A stretch of 64,000 nt of DNA from Pseudomonadota bacterium (GTDB lineage: Bacteria > Myxococcota_A > UBA9042). The notes under the pieces were generated by a model that saw only the letters and a list, made by a program, of their open reading frames with translations, made no database searches and had not been told where the DNA came from. This document shows, one piece after another, positions 7,893-18,546 of the stretch (position 1 is the stretch's first letter; each line of letters opens with the position of its first letter). Where the stretch lies: positions 11,034 to 75,033 of the forward strand of contig JBEARB010000253.1 in the NCBI GenBank assembly GCA_041163625.1, given 5' to 3'. The translations under genes were made by a program, and so were the position numbers.

Positions 7893-10475
7893 TCAGTCGT
7901 TTCGGAACCGCAGCCGCGATCGTCCGAGCAGCGAAGCGTCGAGCCGCGAGGCGCTCACTTCGTTGGCGAGCGGGGCCACATCGGCCTCCGGGAGTGAGCG
8001 ACGACGCATCCGATCGATGAGCGACTGCGCCTCCCGGAAGTTGCCGGCCTTCACGAGGGCCTTGACGCCGATCCGGTACGCCGCCACGTGCTTGGGCTGG
8101 TAGCCCAGGGCGCGTCGGGCGGCGACGTAGGCCTCGTCGTAGGCGCGCGCCTTGAACTGCGCCCGAGCCAACCGCTGCCAATACTCGGCCTGCACATTGG
8201 GCCCCTTGCGGAAGCGCGGGTAGACGCTGCGGATGTAGGCGACTGCTTGATTCGGCTCCAGGGCCTCCAACGCCCCCTCGATCGACCAGATGCAGGAAGT
8301 CAGGTCCTCCGGGTCTTGCTGGCAGACGTCCGCGTACAGGCTGTAGGATTGGTGATGTTTCTTCTGGAATCGCGCAGACATGCCCAGCAGGCGTACGCCG
8401 GCGAGATGCACCGTCGGATCGCCCAGGAGACCTCCGGCGATCAGCGCGGCTTGGGTGAACGCCTGACGCCGAACGAACTGCGCGCCGACGCTCTCTTCGA
8501 TCGCGAAGTGACGACCGGGGTGGGCCGCGCTGAGTTTCTGCGAGAGCGTGAACACGAACATGGGATGGCTTGCGGCGAGCCATCGTCCCACAGCGCCGTT
8601 GACCGTCGACTCGCGCAGCAGCACGCGCTCGATGGTCCGTCGACCAGCCTCGTCGCCGGCGAGCGCACGGATCAACCGCTCGGCCAAGTCGTCCGGACGG
8701 TCGAGGACGGCGAGCGTGGGGTCGGCCGCGTCGCCCCCGGATCGGTGCAGGGAGACGGCGAGGACGAAATTTGCGTGCCGCGACAGGGGCTTCAATGCCA
8801 CCGCCCGGCGCAGCGCCGGCTGGGCCCGCGCGTCGTCGCCCGCCTCGTAGCGGGCGCGACCGAGGCGATACCAGGCATGGTGCGACGCCGCGAATCGCTC
8901 GGACACCAGCCGCTCGAGCGCGTCGGCGTCTCGGCCTCGCATCGCGACGGGGATGTCGAGCTCGCGCGCCTCCCACGTCATCGCCACCGCTCCGCCCGCG
9001 AGCGCGAGCGCCAAGCCAGCCGCTCCGAGCGCGACGGTGCGACTCGGTCGGCGCGGGAGCGGCCACCAGCGCGAAGGCCAGGAGTCGGGTCGGAGCTGCT
9101 CGAGCAGGGTGGCTGCGGCCAGCAGAACGTACAGGCCGGCCGGCAGCTCCAGCGAAAAATCGGCGAAGTCGTGGACCAGCAGGCCAACGATCGCCAACGT
9201 GGCACCGTGGAAGACGCCGTTGTTGCGCCAGGTCCGCAACGGCACGACGAGGACGCGCAGCAGCAGGAGCACGAAGAGGATGGTGAAGGGCAGCCCCTGG
9301 GAGACGATGCGGTCGAGAACGAAATTCTCGACGTACTCGTAGCGCACCTCTTCGAACGGCGGCGTCATCATGACGGAGACCGGCAGCGAACCGGTGCCCT
9401 GGCCGAGCGCCCAACCGTCCCAGAGGTGCGCGCTCAGCTCCGACATGATCGCGAGCTTGCCGTGACCACTCTGCAAGTCGGCCAGCGGCTCGAAGCGCGA
9501 GCGCGGCAGGAACTCCTGCTTCAGGTTCGGCAGGGCCACGATCGACAGCACACAGAGCACCGAAAAGATCTGCAAGAGCAAGCGCACGCGGGCTTGCCGG
9601 TCGAGCGTCTCTTCTTTGACGCGCAGGCTGCTTCGTGGACGCCGGCCGTGCAGCTTGGCCAGGGCCAGGATCAACAACGAGCCGAGCACCCCGCCACGTG
9701 ACGGCACGAACGCGATGGTCAGCCCGAAGAGCAAGACGGCAAAGGTCTGCACCCGCCGGACTGCCGGATCGGTGACCCGATGGTGGTGCCAGAACGCCAA
9801 CATGATGCCCAAGCCAGCCGTCAGGAGCGCCGAGACGTGGTTGGCGTTGACCGGCGCCAAATGACGCAGCAGGCCGCGCAATTCCTCGCCCAAGCCCACC
9901 GTCAGGGGCAATCGCGCCAACAGCCAAATCGCCCCCGCCGCCAGCGTGAGCATCGCCAGCCCACGCAGCGAATGCGCGGCGGCCGAAGCATCCCGCCGCG
10001 AGAACGGCAGCGCCGACGCAGCCAACGCCGTGCCGGAGGCGACCAGATAGACGGCGGACGCGTACGCCGCCTCCCCCGGATGCACCGCCAGCGGCAAGAA
10101 CGACGGAGGCGCCCTCCCGAGCGCTGCCGCAGCGCCATCGGCGACCGTCAACGCGTTGGCGTGCAACAGCCCGATCAATCCCCGCGGTAGGGGCACCAAC
10201 GCAACGAGCGAGAACACGCCCATCAACAGCCAGAGCCAGGCGAGCGGGTTGGCCCGGGCGCTGCGACCTGCACCGGTCACGAGCGTCGCCACCCACGTGA
10301 CGACCCCGAGCCCCCAAAGCAGCGCCAGCGTCGGCGTGTAGACGCCGCCGGTCCAGAAGATGGCGACGACGACCGCTGCGGCGCAGGCCGCGAAGGCGAC
10401 CCGAGCAGCCGCCCGCTGTACGGCGGTCGGTCCCTCGGCGCTGCCTTCGGGGGTCCAGGCGTCCGATGGCGGCAT
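7893..10475 (-). CDS. O-antigen ligase (Wzy_C)-like polytopic membrane protein with a C-terminal TPR domain.
   Basis: 860 aa with about 10 hydrophobic helices, followed by a soluble C-terminal region of TPR-like helices. This architecture is common in myxobacteria. Confidence 0.65.
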   Translation of the reverse strand: MPPSDAWTPEGSAEGPTAVQRAAARVAFAACAAAVVVAIFWTGGVYTPTLALLWGLGVVTWVATLVTGAGRSARANPLAWLWLLMGVFSLVALVPLPRGLIGLLHANALTVADGAAAALGRAPPSFLPLAVHPGEAAYASAVYLVASGTALAASALPFSRRDASAAAHSLRGLAMLTLAAGAIWLLARLPLTVGLGEELRGLLRHLAPVNANHVSALLTAGLGIMLAFWHHHRVTDPAVRRVQTFAVLLFGLTIAFVPSRGGVLGSLLILALAKLHGRRPRSSLRVKEETLDRQARVRLLLQIFSVLCVLSIVALPNLKQEFLPRSRFEPLADLQSGHGKLAIMSELSAHLWDGWALGQGTGSLPVSVMMTPPFEEVRYEYVENFVLDRIVSQGLPFTILFVLLLLRVLVVPLRTWRNNGVFHGATLAIVGLLVHDFADFSLELPAGLYVLLAAATLLEQLRPDSWPSRWWPLPRRPSRTVALGAAGLALALAGGAVAMTWEARELDIPVAMRGRDADALERLVSERFAASHHAWYRLGRARYEAGDDARAQPALRRAVALKPLSRHANFVLAVSLHRSGGDAADPTLAVLDRPDDLAERLIRALAGDEAGRRTIERVLLRESTVNGAVGRWLAASHPMFVFTLSQKLSAAHPGRHFAIEESVGAQFVRRQAFTQAALIAGGLLGDPTVHLAGVRLLGMSARFQKKHHQSYSLYADVCQQDPEDLTSCIWSIEGALEALEPNQAVAYIRSVYPRFRKGPNVQAEYWQRLARAQFKARAYDEAYVAARRALGYQPKHVAAYRIGVKALVKAGNFREAQSLIDRMRRRSLPEADVAPLANEVSASRLDASLLGRSRLRFRND

Positions 10476-10484
10476 GCGAAGGGC

Positions 10485-11129
10485 CTAGTCCGGGACCTTG
10501 CGCCAGTCGGCGAGGAAGCGCTCGAGGCCCAGGTCGGTCATCGGGTGCTTGAACAGCGCCTGCATGGTCGAGAACGGCATGGTGCCGACGTGCGCGCCCA
10601 TCTGCGCGGCCTCGAGGACGTGCAGCGGGTGACGCAGGCTCGCGGCGAGGACCTGGGTCTGGAAGCCGTAGTTCTCGTAGACCTCCAAGATCTCCTGCAC
10701 CAACTGCATGCCGTTGTGGCCGATATCGTCCAGGCGGCCGACGAAGGGCGAGATGTAGGTCGCGCCGGCCTTCGCGGCGAGCAGCGCCTGGTTGGCCGAG
10801 AAGCAGAGCGTCACGTTGGTGCGGATGCCCTCTTCGCGGCACCGCACGACCGCGGCGATGCCGGCCTGGGTCAGCGGGATCTTGACGATCACCTGCGGCC
10901 CCTCGGCCGCGAGTGCACGCGCCTCGGCCATCATTCCAGCGACGTCGGTCGCGGTGACCTCGAGCGAGACCGGGCCCTTGACCAGGGCCAGGATGTCGCG
11001 CTTGACGTCCTCGAAGCGGCGGCCGGTCTTGGCGACCAGGCTCGGGTTGGTGGTCACACCGTCCAGGATGCCCCAGGCGTGCGCCTGTTCGATCTCCGCG
11101 ATGTCGGCGGTGTCCAGAAAGAACTGCAT
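10485..11129 (-). CDS. tal: Transaldolase / fructose-6-phosphate aldolase family protein.
   Basis: 214 aa from the internal ATG 11129: [31 protein letters not shown]…KIPLTQAGI…FVGRLDD, canonical for short transaldolases (Fsa/TalC type). Confidence 0.85.
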   Translation of the reverse strand: MQFFLDTADIAEIEQAHAWGILDGVTTNPSLVAKTGRRFEDVKRDILALVKGPVSLEVTATDVAGMMAEARALAAEGPQVIVKIPLTQAGIAAVVRCREEGIRTNVTLCFSANQALLAAKAGATYISPFVGRLDDIGHNGMQLVQEILEVYENYGFQTQVLAASLRHPLHVLEAAQMGAHVGTMPFSTMQALFKHPMTDLGLERFLADWRKVPD

Positions 11130-11202
11130 CGTCGAGCTCCAATCGGCAGCCCCCGCGGTCGCGGGAGCCTTGGGTTGTGCAAACCGCAGCCGACGATCAC
11201 GG

Positions 11203-12504
11203 CTACGGCAGGAATCCGAGCTTCCACGCCGCCGCAGCGCCGCCGAGCAACACGACGACCGCAGCGATCGCGATCCACTTGCCGACGCCGCCACCGCCGG
11301 AGGCCGACTCGCCCCGCACTTCGGGCAAGGTCTCGGGCGCGTCCAAGCGCTCGGCGAGTGGAACGGGTGCGGCGGGCGCGTCGCGGTCCGAGGCCAGATC
11401 TTCGAGCGGGAGATCGGCCAACTTGCCGAGCAGATCACCGATCGGGAGCATCGCACCGCCGCGCGTACCCAGGTCCGTGGGGCCGAGCGGCCGCTGGCCG
11501 ATATGCGGATCGACGCGGCCGGCATGCGCCGCTTCTTCGAACTCCGCACGCAGCACGCTGATCACGTCGAAGGGCACCTCGCCTTCGCCGCCGGCGTCGA
11601 GCCCGCGCATCCACTCGGACATGTCCGTCGCGGTCACACGCAGGTTGTGCTTGAAGAGGAACCCTGCGATCGCCTGCTCGAAGGCGCGCGCGGTCTGGTA
11701 GCGGCGCTTGGGGTTGCGAGCCAACGCCTTGAGCACGATCCGGTCGAGCTCGTCGTCGAGCTCGCTGCGCAAACGCGACGGCTTGTCGACGTCGCCCTTG
11801 CGGACCAACTCGACCGTCTCCATGTCGGTCTTGCCGGCATAGAGCTTCCGCCCGCACAGCATCTCCCAGAGCATGATGCCGGCCGCGTAGACGTCCGCGC
11901 GCAGGTCGACCGGCTTGCCGTCGACGACCTCGGGGCTGAGGTACGCAAACTTGCCCTTGATCACGCCCGCGTCGGTGTGGGTGGCGTGGCTCGCGGCCTT
12001 GGCCAGACCGAAGTCGGTCAGCTTCACCTCACCCTGCTTGGAGATCAGGACGTTGGGCGGGGATACGTCGCGGTGAACGATGCCGAGCGGCTTGTTGTCC
12101 GGACCTTCTTTCTCGTGCGCGTAGGCGAGACCGCGGCAGGTCTCCATGATGATGTAGCAGGCCAAGGGCACCGGGAACGGCTGACCCGAATCGACCACCC
12201 GCTGCATCAACCGGCGCAGGTTCGCGCCGTCGATCAGCTCCATCACCACGAAATACGTGTCGTCTGCTTTGCCGATATCGAAAATCTGAACGATATTCGC
12301 GTGCGTCAGCTGCATCGAGAGCCGCGCCTCGTCCAGGAACATGGAGACGAACTTGGCGTCGGTGCACATCGACGGCAGGATGCGCTTGATCGCGACCGTG
12401 CGTGCGAAGCCGTCGATCGACACGGCCTCACCACGGTAGATCTCAGCCATGCCGCCGGCGTCGATCTTCTCGATGATCCTGTAGCGCTGATGGACGGACG
12501 CCAT
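11203..12504 (-). CDS. Ser/Thr protein kinase with a C-terminal membrane anchor.
   Basis: [18 protein letters not shown] (glycine loop), [16 protein letters not shown] and DFGLAK kinase motifs. C-terminal [19 protein letters not shown] transmembrane segment. Start taken at ATG 12504 (MASVHQRYR…). Confidence 0.8.
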   Translation of the reverse strand: MASVHQRYRIIEKIDAGGMAEIYRGEAVSIDGFARTVAIKRILPSMCTDAKFVSMFLDEARLSMQLTHANIVQIFDIGKADDTYFVVMELIDGANLRRLMQRVVDSGQPFPVPLACYIIMETCRGLAYAHEKEGPDNKPLGIVHRDVSPPNVLISKQGEVKLTDFGLAKAASHATHTDAGVIKGKFAYLSPEVVDGKPVDLRADVYAAGIMLWEMLCGRKLYAGKTDMETVELVRKGDVDKPSRLRSELDDELDRIVLKALARNPKRRYQTARAFEQAIAGFLFKHNLRVTATDMSEWMRGLDAGGEGEVPFDVISVLRAEFEEAAHAGRVDPHIGQRPLGPTDLGTRGGAMLPIGDLLGKLADLPLEDLASDRDAPAAPVPLAERLDAPETLPEVRGESASGGGGVGKWIAIAAVVVLLGGAAAAWKLGFLP

Positions 12505-12553
12505 GCTTGTTCCCGGTCTCCCCGATACCCCGCCAGCCAGTCCGACCGACTCG

Positions 12554-14272
12554 ATGCACGGCAGAGTATGGAGGAGGGTCGGCGCGTTGGGAAGGGTGCT
12601 AGGCGTGGCATCGGCGAGCCGGTTCGCCCTGGTGGTGAGCGTGGCCATGGCGCTCATTGCAGCCCCCCTGCGGGTCGGCGCCAGCGGCGATCCGCTCGGT
12701 CACGAAGACCGCGCCCGCAGCCTCTATCGCGTCGTCGTCAGCCTGGACGGCGAGGGCCATCCGGTGTTGCCGCTCGCCGTGCTGGAGCAACAGACCGAGG
12801 TGACGGTCGACGCCCCGCGCGGTCTGCGCGTGCTCGGCACCGGCGATGGTGCCGTGGAGATGCGGCTACCGCCGGGCCGCGGCGTCACCGTCCGCGCCGA
12901 AGCCCTCAAGCCGGGTCGGAAGTTGTTCTACGTCGGCCTCGCGCGAGCCCCCTCGGGAGACATGGCGACCCTGCGCGCGGCCCGCAAGCAGTGGACCGAC
13001 GCCGGCCTGAAGGTGCGTCCGCTCACGCTGGGGACCACGTACGCCTTGGCCGGGCGCGTGCTGGACACCCGTCAGACGGTGCTCGCGCTGGACCCACCCG
13101 AGGAGACGCGTGAAGGCGCGGAGCGCCGCGCCGCCGCGCTGGCGAGCGAGCACGGCCGTGACACCTTCGTCCACGTCGTGGTCGATCAGCCGCCGACCGG
13201 GACGCTCATCGTCAGCGCGACGGGCGGGGCCGAGGTCCGCGCCGAGGACGTGCTCTGGTTCGAGGCGCTGCCCGCCGAAGATGGCAGCGCGGTCCCACTC
13301 GAGGTCCGCGGCAAGGGTCGCAAGCTCGAGCTGCCGGGCCGCGTGTACGTCGCGCCGGGCGACGGCGGCGGCTTGGTGGTCGTGAACGAGGCCCGCATCG
13401 AGACCATCCTCGAGGGGGTGGTGGCGTCGGAGATCTTCGCCTCGGCACCGCTCGAGGCGCTGCGCAGCCAGGCAGTGGCCGCCCGCACCGATATGCTCGC
13501 CAAGGTCGGCCTCCGCCACTACGCCGACCCCTTCTCGATCTGCTCGGAGGTCCACTGTCAGGCCTACAAGGGCACCAGCCGCGTGAACCCGCGCATCGCC
13601 GAGGCCGTGCAATCGACCCGCGGGGTCGTCTTGGTCGGTAGCGACGGCCGCCTCGTCGACACGTTCTACTCGGCGAGCACCGGCGGACATTCGGAGAACA
13701 ACGAGAACGCGTGGCGGATGACCGCGCACCCGAACCTGCGCGGTCGCCCCGACCTGCAGCCGGGAGCGCCGAACCCACTCGCCGACGGCCCGACCGAGGC
13801 GGCCGTCAAGGCGCTGCTCGACGGACCGGACCGCTCGTGGGGCGCCGCGTCGGGCCGCAACAAGGCCGCCCTGCGCTGGGAAGTGACGCGCACCGCGACC
13901 GAGCTGCTGCCGTCGCTGAAGAAATACGGCATCCCGAAGCGGATCAAGGCGATGCGCGTGATCGAGCGCGGCGTCTCGGGCCGGATCATCCACATGGCCT
14001 TCACGCTCGAGGACGGCAGCGAGCGCAAGCTGTGGGGCGAGTTGCGCATCCGTCGCGCGCTCAAGGGCCTGCGCTCGTCGTTGATGCTGTTCACGCCGGG
14101 TCCGGCAGGCCCGGACGGCGTGCCGAAGAGCTGGACCTTCCGCGGCGCCGGCTACGGCCACGGCGTCGGCATGGACCAGACCGGCGCGGTCGGTCGCGCG
14201 GCGAAGGGTCAGTCCCATCGCGAGATCCTGGGCCACTACTATCACGGCGCCAGCATCGAGAAGCTCTACTGA
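12554..14272 (+). CDS. SpoIID/LytB domain protein (amidase-enhancer family).
   Basis: MHGRVWRRVGALGRVLGVASASRFALVVSVAMALIAAPL is a signal peptide. The central FYSASTGGHSENNENAW and …GHGVGMDQTGA motifs are typical of the SpoIID/LytB domain. Confidence 0.75.
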   Translation: MHGRVWRRVGALGRVLGVASASRFALVVSVAMALIAAPLRVGASGDPLGHEDRARSLYRVVVSLDGEGHPVLPLAVLEQQTEVTVDAPRGLRVLGTGDGAVEMRLPPGRGVTVRAEALKPGRKLFYVGLARAPSGDMATLRAARKQWTDAGLKVRPLTLGTTYALAGRVLDTRQTVLALDPPEETREGAERRAAALASEHGRDTFVHVVVDQPPTGTLIVSATGGAEVRAEDVLWFEALPAEDGSAVPLEVRGKGRKLELPGRVYVAPGDGGGLVVVNEARIETILEGVVASEIFASAPLEALRSQAVAARTDMLAKVGLRHYADPFSICSEVHCQAYKGTSRVNPRIAEAVQSTRGVVLVGSDGRLVDTFYSASTGGHSENNENAWRMTAHPNLRGRPDLQPGAPNPLADGPTEAAVKALLDGPDRSWGAASGRNKAALRWEVTRTATELLPSLKKYGIPKRIKAMRVIERGVSGRIIHMAFTLEDGSERKLWGELRIRRALKGLRSSLMLFTPGPAGPDGVPKSWTFRGAGYGHGVGMDQTGAVGRAAKGQSHREILGHYYHGASIEKLY

Positions 14273-15054
14273 TGCGCCGCGCCTTCGGACGACCGATTGG
14301 TCCGAAACCCGGACGCCCGCGCACCGGTCGCGCGCTGGTCGCCCTGCTCGCGCTCCTCGCGCTGGGCAGCGGCTGCGCCCGCATCTCGGAGGTCAAGTCG
14401 CTGCGTGTCGCGCCTCGGGAGAAGCCACGCGTGACGACCGAGATGCGCGGCAAGGGCTATCGATTGCGCGGCGAGCGCGACGGCGGCGTGGTGCGGCTCG
14501 AGGTGCTCGAGGAGCAGCGCTGCGTGACGGTCACGCGACAGCATGCGGACGGCTTCGAGCGCACGACGCGGCGTGCCGTCGGTCCGAGCCTGACGATGCA
14601 GTGGGTGATGGGTGGGCTGTTCGCGATCGCGGGCGGCGGCATCGCGGGCTACGCCGCGGCCAATCCGCCGGCAGCCGACGAGACCGGCACGTTCGCGGTC
14701 AAATCCTCGAGCTCGGCGTACCTGCAGGCCGGGATCTTCGGCGCGGTCGGGTTGGGGCTGCTGGTCGGCTCGGCGATCCAGACCGCATCGCTCGGCGTCA
14801 CCGAGCGTCCGCTCGGACACCGCGAGCTGCGGCTCGACGGCGAACTGCGCGCCTGCGGCAGCGGCCCGGCGCGCTCGGGGACGGTGCGGTTGACGCTGGC
14901 GGACGGTACGCAGCTCGAGGCCGAGGTCGACGGCGAGGGCCACGCGGTGGTGACGCTGCCCGAGGATATCGAGGCGCGGCTGGCTCGCGAGGGTCGCCGC
15001 GCCACCGTCGAAGTGCTCGGCGATTGGCGCTCCCAGGCACGGTTGACCCTATGA
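14272..15054 (+). CDS. Lipoprotein, function unknown.
   Basis: MRRAFGRPIGPKPGRPRTGRALVALLALLALGSGCARI carries a lipobox. The ATG overlaps the upstream stop (TGATG). Confidence 0.55.
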   Translation: MRRAFGRPIGPKPGRPRTGRALVALLALLALGSGCARISEVKSLRVAPREKPRVTTEMRGKGYRLRGERDGGVVRLEVLEEQRCVTVTRQHADGFERTTRRAVGPSLTMQWVMGGLFAIAGGGIAGYAAANPPAADETGTFAVKSSSSAYLQAGIFGAVGLGLLVGSAIQTASLGVTERPLGHRELRLDGELRACGSGPARSGTVRLTLADGTQLEAEVDGEGHAVVTLPEDIEARLAREGRRATVEVLGDWRSQARLTL

Positions 15055-16466
15055 CGGTCGGCACTTCGCTGCTGCGAGCGCCCTGGCTCTGGGACGGCGC
15101 GATCTTGCACCGCGACGCGGCGCTCGCGCTCGAGGGCGGACGGGTCCGCTCGCTGCACCTCGGCCGGGACGCACTCGACGTCTGGGGCCGAACACCGGCG
15201 CGGCGCCGCCACGAGTTGCCGCGCCACCTGCTGATGCCGGGCCTGTGCGACGCACACAGCCACGCCTTCCAGCGCATCTTCCGCGGGCATGTGCAGCATC
15301 GCGCGGCGGGCGACTCGTTCTGGGCCTGGCGCCACGCGATGTACGCGGCGGCGACGCGGCTCGGCCCAGGCGGCGTGTACGCCGTGGCGTGCCAAGCCTT
15401 CCTGGAGCTGCTGCGCGCGGGCGTCAGCGCGGTCGGCGAGTTCCACTACCTGCACCACGCACCGAACGGTCAGCCCTACGAGCGGCCAGATCTGCTCGCC
15501 GAGCAGGTCATCGCGGCAGCCCGACGCGTCGGCTTGCGGATCACCTTGCTGCGCGTCGCCTACGCTGCCGCTGGCATCGAGCGCGACGGACGCCCGACAC
15601 CGGCGCTACCCGAGCAACGCCGCTTCCTCGCGCGCTCGCCCGACGACGTGCTCGCGGCCTGCGCGCGCCTGCAGGCCCACCACGCCGCGGACCCAGGGGT
15701 CGTGGTCGGCCTCGCGCCGCATTCGGTGCGCGCGGTGCCGCGGAGCTGGCTGCCCGAGTTCGCGGGCTTCTCGGGCGTGGTGCACGCGCACGTGGCCGAG
15801 CAGCCGGCCGAAGTCCACGCCTGCCACGCCGCGTTCGGTCGCGGACCACTGCAGCTCTTCGCCGACGCCGGCCTGCTGCACGAGCGCTTCTCGGCGGTGC
15901 ACCTGACCCATCCCGAGCCCGGCGACGCAGCCCTGCTGCGGGCGAGCGGCGCGAGCGTCGTGGCCTGCCCATCGACCGAGCTCGACCTGGGCGACGGCTT
16001 CCTGCCGCCGGCGCTGCACACGGCCTGCCGCGTCGCGGTAGGCTCGGACTCCTACGCTGACGTCGACCCGCTCGGCGAGGCACGCGCGCTCGAAGGCCAC
16101 GCCCGCGCCGCACTGGGCCGACGCGTCGTGCTCGGCGACGGCAGCCCGGGCAGCCTCGCCGGCACCGTGCTCGACATGGCCTCGGCCCATGGCCACCGCG
16201 CCATCGGCCAGCCCGGCGGCCGCATCGTCGCCGGCGCTGTCGCCGACCTCTGCGCCGTCGACCTGGACCGCCCCGAAGCCGACGGGATGCCGCCGCTCGA
16301 GGCGGTCGCGCTGCGGGCCCGGCCGGAGTGGGTGAGCGATGTCTGGGTGCAGGGCGTGCGGCGATTGCGGGACGGGCGGCATCCGGACGAAGACGCCATT
16401 CGCGCCGCCTTTCGCGTCGTCTGCGCCGATCCCGCCTTGCCGGCTCACGACGACGCGCTGCATTGA
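15051..16466 (+). CDS. Amidohydrolase-superfamily protein, formimidoylglutamate deiminase (HutF)-like.
   Basis: MTVGTSLL…HLLMPGLCDAHSHAFQRIF (metal-binding HxH motif of HutF/guanine-deaminase-like amidohydrolases). ATGA overlap with the upstream gene. Confidence 0.6.
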   Translation: MTVGTSLLRAPWLWDGAILHRDAALALEGGRVRSLHLGRDALDVWGRTPARRRHELPRHLLMPGLCDAHSHAFQRIFRGHVQHRAAGDSFWAWRHAMYAAATRLGPGGVYAVACQAFLELLRAGVSAVGEFHYLHHAPNGQPYERPDLLAEQVIAAARRVGLRITLLRVAYAAAGIERDGRPTPALPEQRRFLARSPDDVLAACARLQAHHAADPGVVVGLAPHSVRAVPRSWLPEFAGFSGVVHAHVAEQPAEVHACHAAFGRGPLQLFADAGLLHERFSAVHLTHPEPGDAALLRASGASVVACPSTELDLGDGFLPPALHTACRVAVGSDSYADVDPLGEARALEGHARAALGRRVVLGDGSPGSLAGTVLDMASAHGHRAIGQPGGRIVAGAVADLCAVDLDRPEADGMPPLEAVALRARPEWVSDVWVQGVRRLRDGRHPDEDAIRAAFRVVCADPALPAHDDALH

Positions 16467-16559
16467 GCAACGAGTCCTCGGGCCCCTGAGCCGCCGCGAT
16501 GGACAGTGGCTGTTGGCCCGGATCTGCGCGATCCTCCGCCTAGACGGAGGATGCGATCC

Positions 16560-18529
16560 ATGTCCGAACGAGCTCACCATGGCCCGTGGTCGCGGGTCGC
16601 GGTAGACACGGCCGCCGACACGGCGACCACCGACGCCGCAGCCAGTGACACCGCGAGCGGCACCTGCAAGGTCGCCGCCGATTGCCCGACGCCGACCGAG
16701 CCCTGCCTCGCCGCCGCCTGCCAGCCGGGCGTCGGCTGCTTGACGGTCCAACTCCTCGACGGCGCCTACTGCGACCCGGGCGACGATTGCCTGCTCGGCG
16801 GCGTCTGCGCCGTCGGCGTCTGCAAGCCCGGCGCCCCCCGCGACTGCGACGACGGCCAAGCCTGCACCGCCGACGGCTGCACGGACGGCGCCTGCACCCA
16901 CACGCCCGCGCAAGGCACGCCGTGCGACGACGGCGAAGCCTGCACGAAGGGCGATTCGTGCCAAGACGGCGCCTGCACCGGCCCGGACAGCTGCGTGCTC
17001 GGCGTCTGCAAGGGCGCCGCGATCGCCTGCGACGACGGCAACCCCTGCACCGACGACGATTGCGCCGCCGGCAAGGGCTGCACGCACACGCCCAACGCCG
17101 CGCCGTGCAAGGTCGACGTGCCCTGCCAGCCCTTGGGCGTGTGCACCGCCGGTGCCTGCGTCGCGCTACCGGCGCCGCTCTGGCAGGCCACCGTCGACGG
17201 CAAGGACGCCGAGACGCCGCAAGCAGTCGCTGCCGGCGCGGACGGTTCGGCTTGGTTGGTCGGTCGTGCCGTGGCATCGTGCTCGCGTGGCCCTTCGCCG
17301 ACGCCAAGACGCAGGGCGCCGCCGCCCGCGTCGTCGTCCGCGACCCGTGGGGCAACGTCGACTGCGCCACCCAGGGTGCCTGCGCCGGCTAGACCCTGGC
17401 CGACTGCGACGACGGCAACCCGTGCACCTTCGACGGCTGCAGCACCGAGCTCGGCTGCACCCACCAGGTCCACGGCCTCGCCTGCGACGACGGCAACGCC
17501 TGCACCACCGGCGAGGCGTGCACGGGCGGCGTCTGCCAGGGCGGCAAGCTGCAGGGCTGCGACGACGGCAACGTCTGCACCGACGACGCTTGCAACCCGC
17601 AGGTCGGCTGCACCCACGCGGCGAACGCCGCCGCCTGCGATTCGGGCAACTGCACGGTCGGCGACAGCTGCGCGGCGGGTCTGTGCAAGACCACCGGCGC
17701 CTCGCGCTTCGGCACCACCTTCCACGGCCAAGCGGGCGAGGACACCCCCACCGGCGCGGACGTCACGCCCGACGGCGGCGCTGTGATGGTGGGCGCGACG
17801 TACACCAAGCCCGATTCGGACGGCCTGCTGCTCCGCGGCTACGGTGCCGACGCGCGACTGCTCGCGCTGGACGGCGATGGCGACGTGGTCTGGCACGTCG
17901 ACTTCCGGGGCCAGGCCAACAACACGCCCGACTACTTCAACTCCGTGGCGGCGATGCCCGACGGCGGTGCGCTCGGCGTCGGATACACCAGCAACCCGGG
18001 GATTCGGCAGGTCTACGTGGGTCGCGCGAGCTCGAATGGCAAGTCGCTGTGGTCGCGCACCTTCGGCGGGGCAGCCGACGATATCGGACGAGGTGTCACG
18101 GTCCTGGCAAGCGGAGCGTTCACCGTGGTGGCGAGCAGCCTCTCGACGCAACCGGGCAACGGGGACGTGCTCCTGCGCGGCATGGATCCGATGGGCAACA
18201 CGCTCTGGGAGCGCGTACACGGCCTGACGACCGAGGATGTGCCGGCTGCCTTGTTGCGCCGGGCCGACGGCAGCCTGCTCGTGCCGGCCAAGGGGACCAA
18301 GCCCGGCGCGGCCGCCGCAGACGTCGCGGTATGGACTTTCGACGCTTGGGGTTATGGCAGCTGCAAGGACGCCGGAGGATGCGCTGCCATGCCCGCGACC
18401 GGCTGCGACGACACCAACGCCTGTACGGCGGACATCTGCACGCCGACGGGCTGCAGCCACACACCACTCACCGAGGGCGCTCTGTGCAAGCTCGGCAAGA
18501 CGTGCAAGAAGGGTAGCTGCTCGAACTAG
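16560..18529 (+). pseudogene. Disrupted gene for a myxobacterial Cys-rich repeat protein (frameshift plus in-frame TAG).
   Basis: GGAGGA sits 9 nt before ATG 16560. Reading frame 0 is protein-like up to ~17270 (repeats CxDGxxCTxDxCxxGxCxHTP). The coding then continues in another frame from ~17276 (…IVLAWPFADAKTQGAAARVVVRDPWGNVDCATQGACAG) to a TAG at 17390..17392. It continues immediately after the TAG without a start codon (TLADCDDGNPCTFDGC… to 18529). See findings. Confidence 0.5.
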
Positions 18530-18546
18530 CAGCAACAGGAGTCGAG

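Noticed and set aside
8088-9701. 537-aa plus-strand ORF inside the O-antigen-ligase-like gene
   Set aside because: It is antisense to a convincing polytopic membrane protein. Its composition is dominated by R/G/Q with no domain logic.
11130-11202. Small inverted repeat cccgcggtcgcggg between the kinase and transaldolase genes
   Set aside because: Short stem, no U-tract, and a 73-bp spacer likely to be just the tal promoter. Insufficient for a terminator call.
16531-16552. Inverted repeat atcctccgcctagacggaggat just upstream of ATG 16560
   Set aside because: It overlaps the GGAGGA Shine-Dalgarno sequence. It may modulate translation but is more simply a coincidence of an RBS with its complement. 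No further support.
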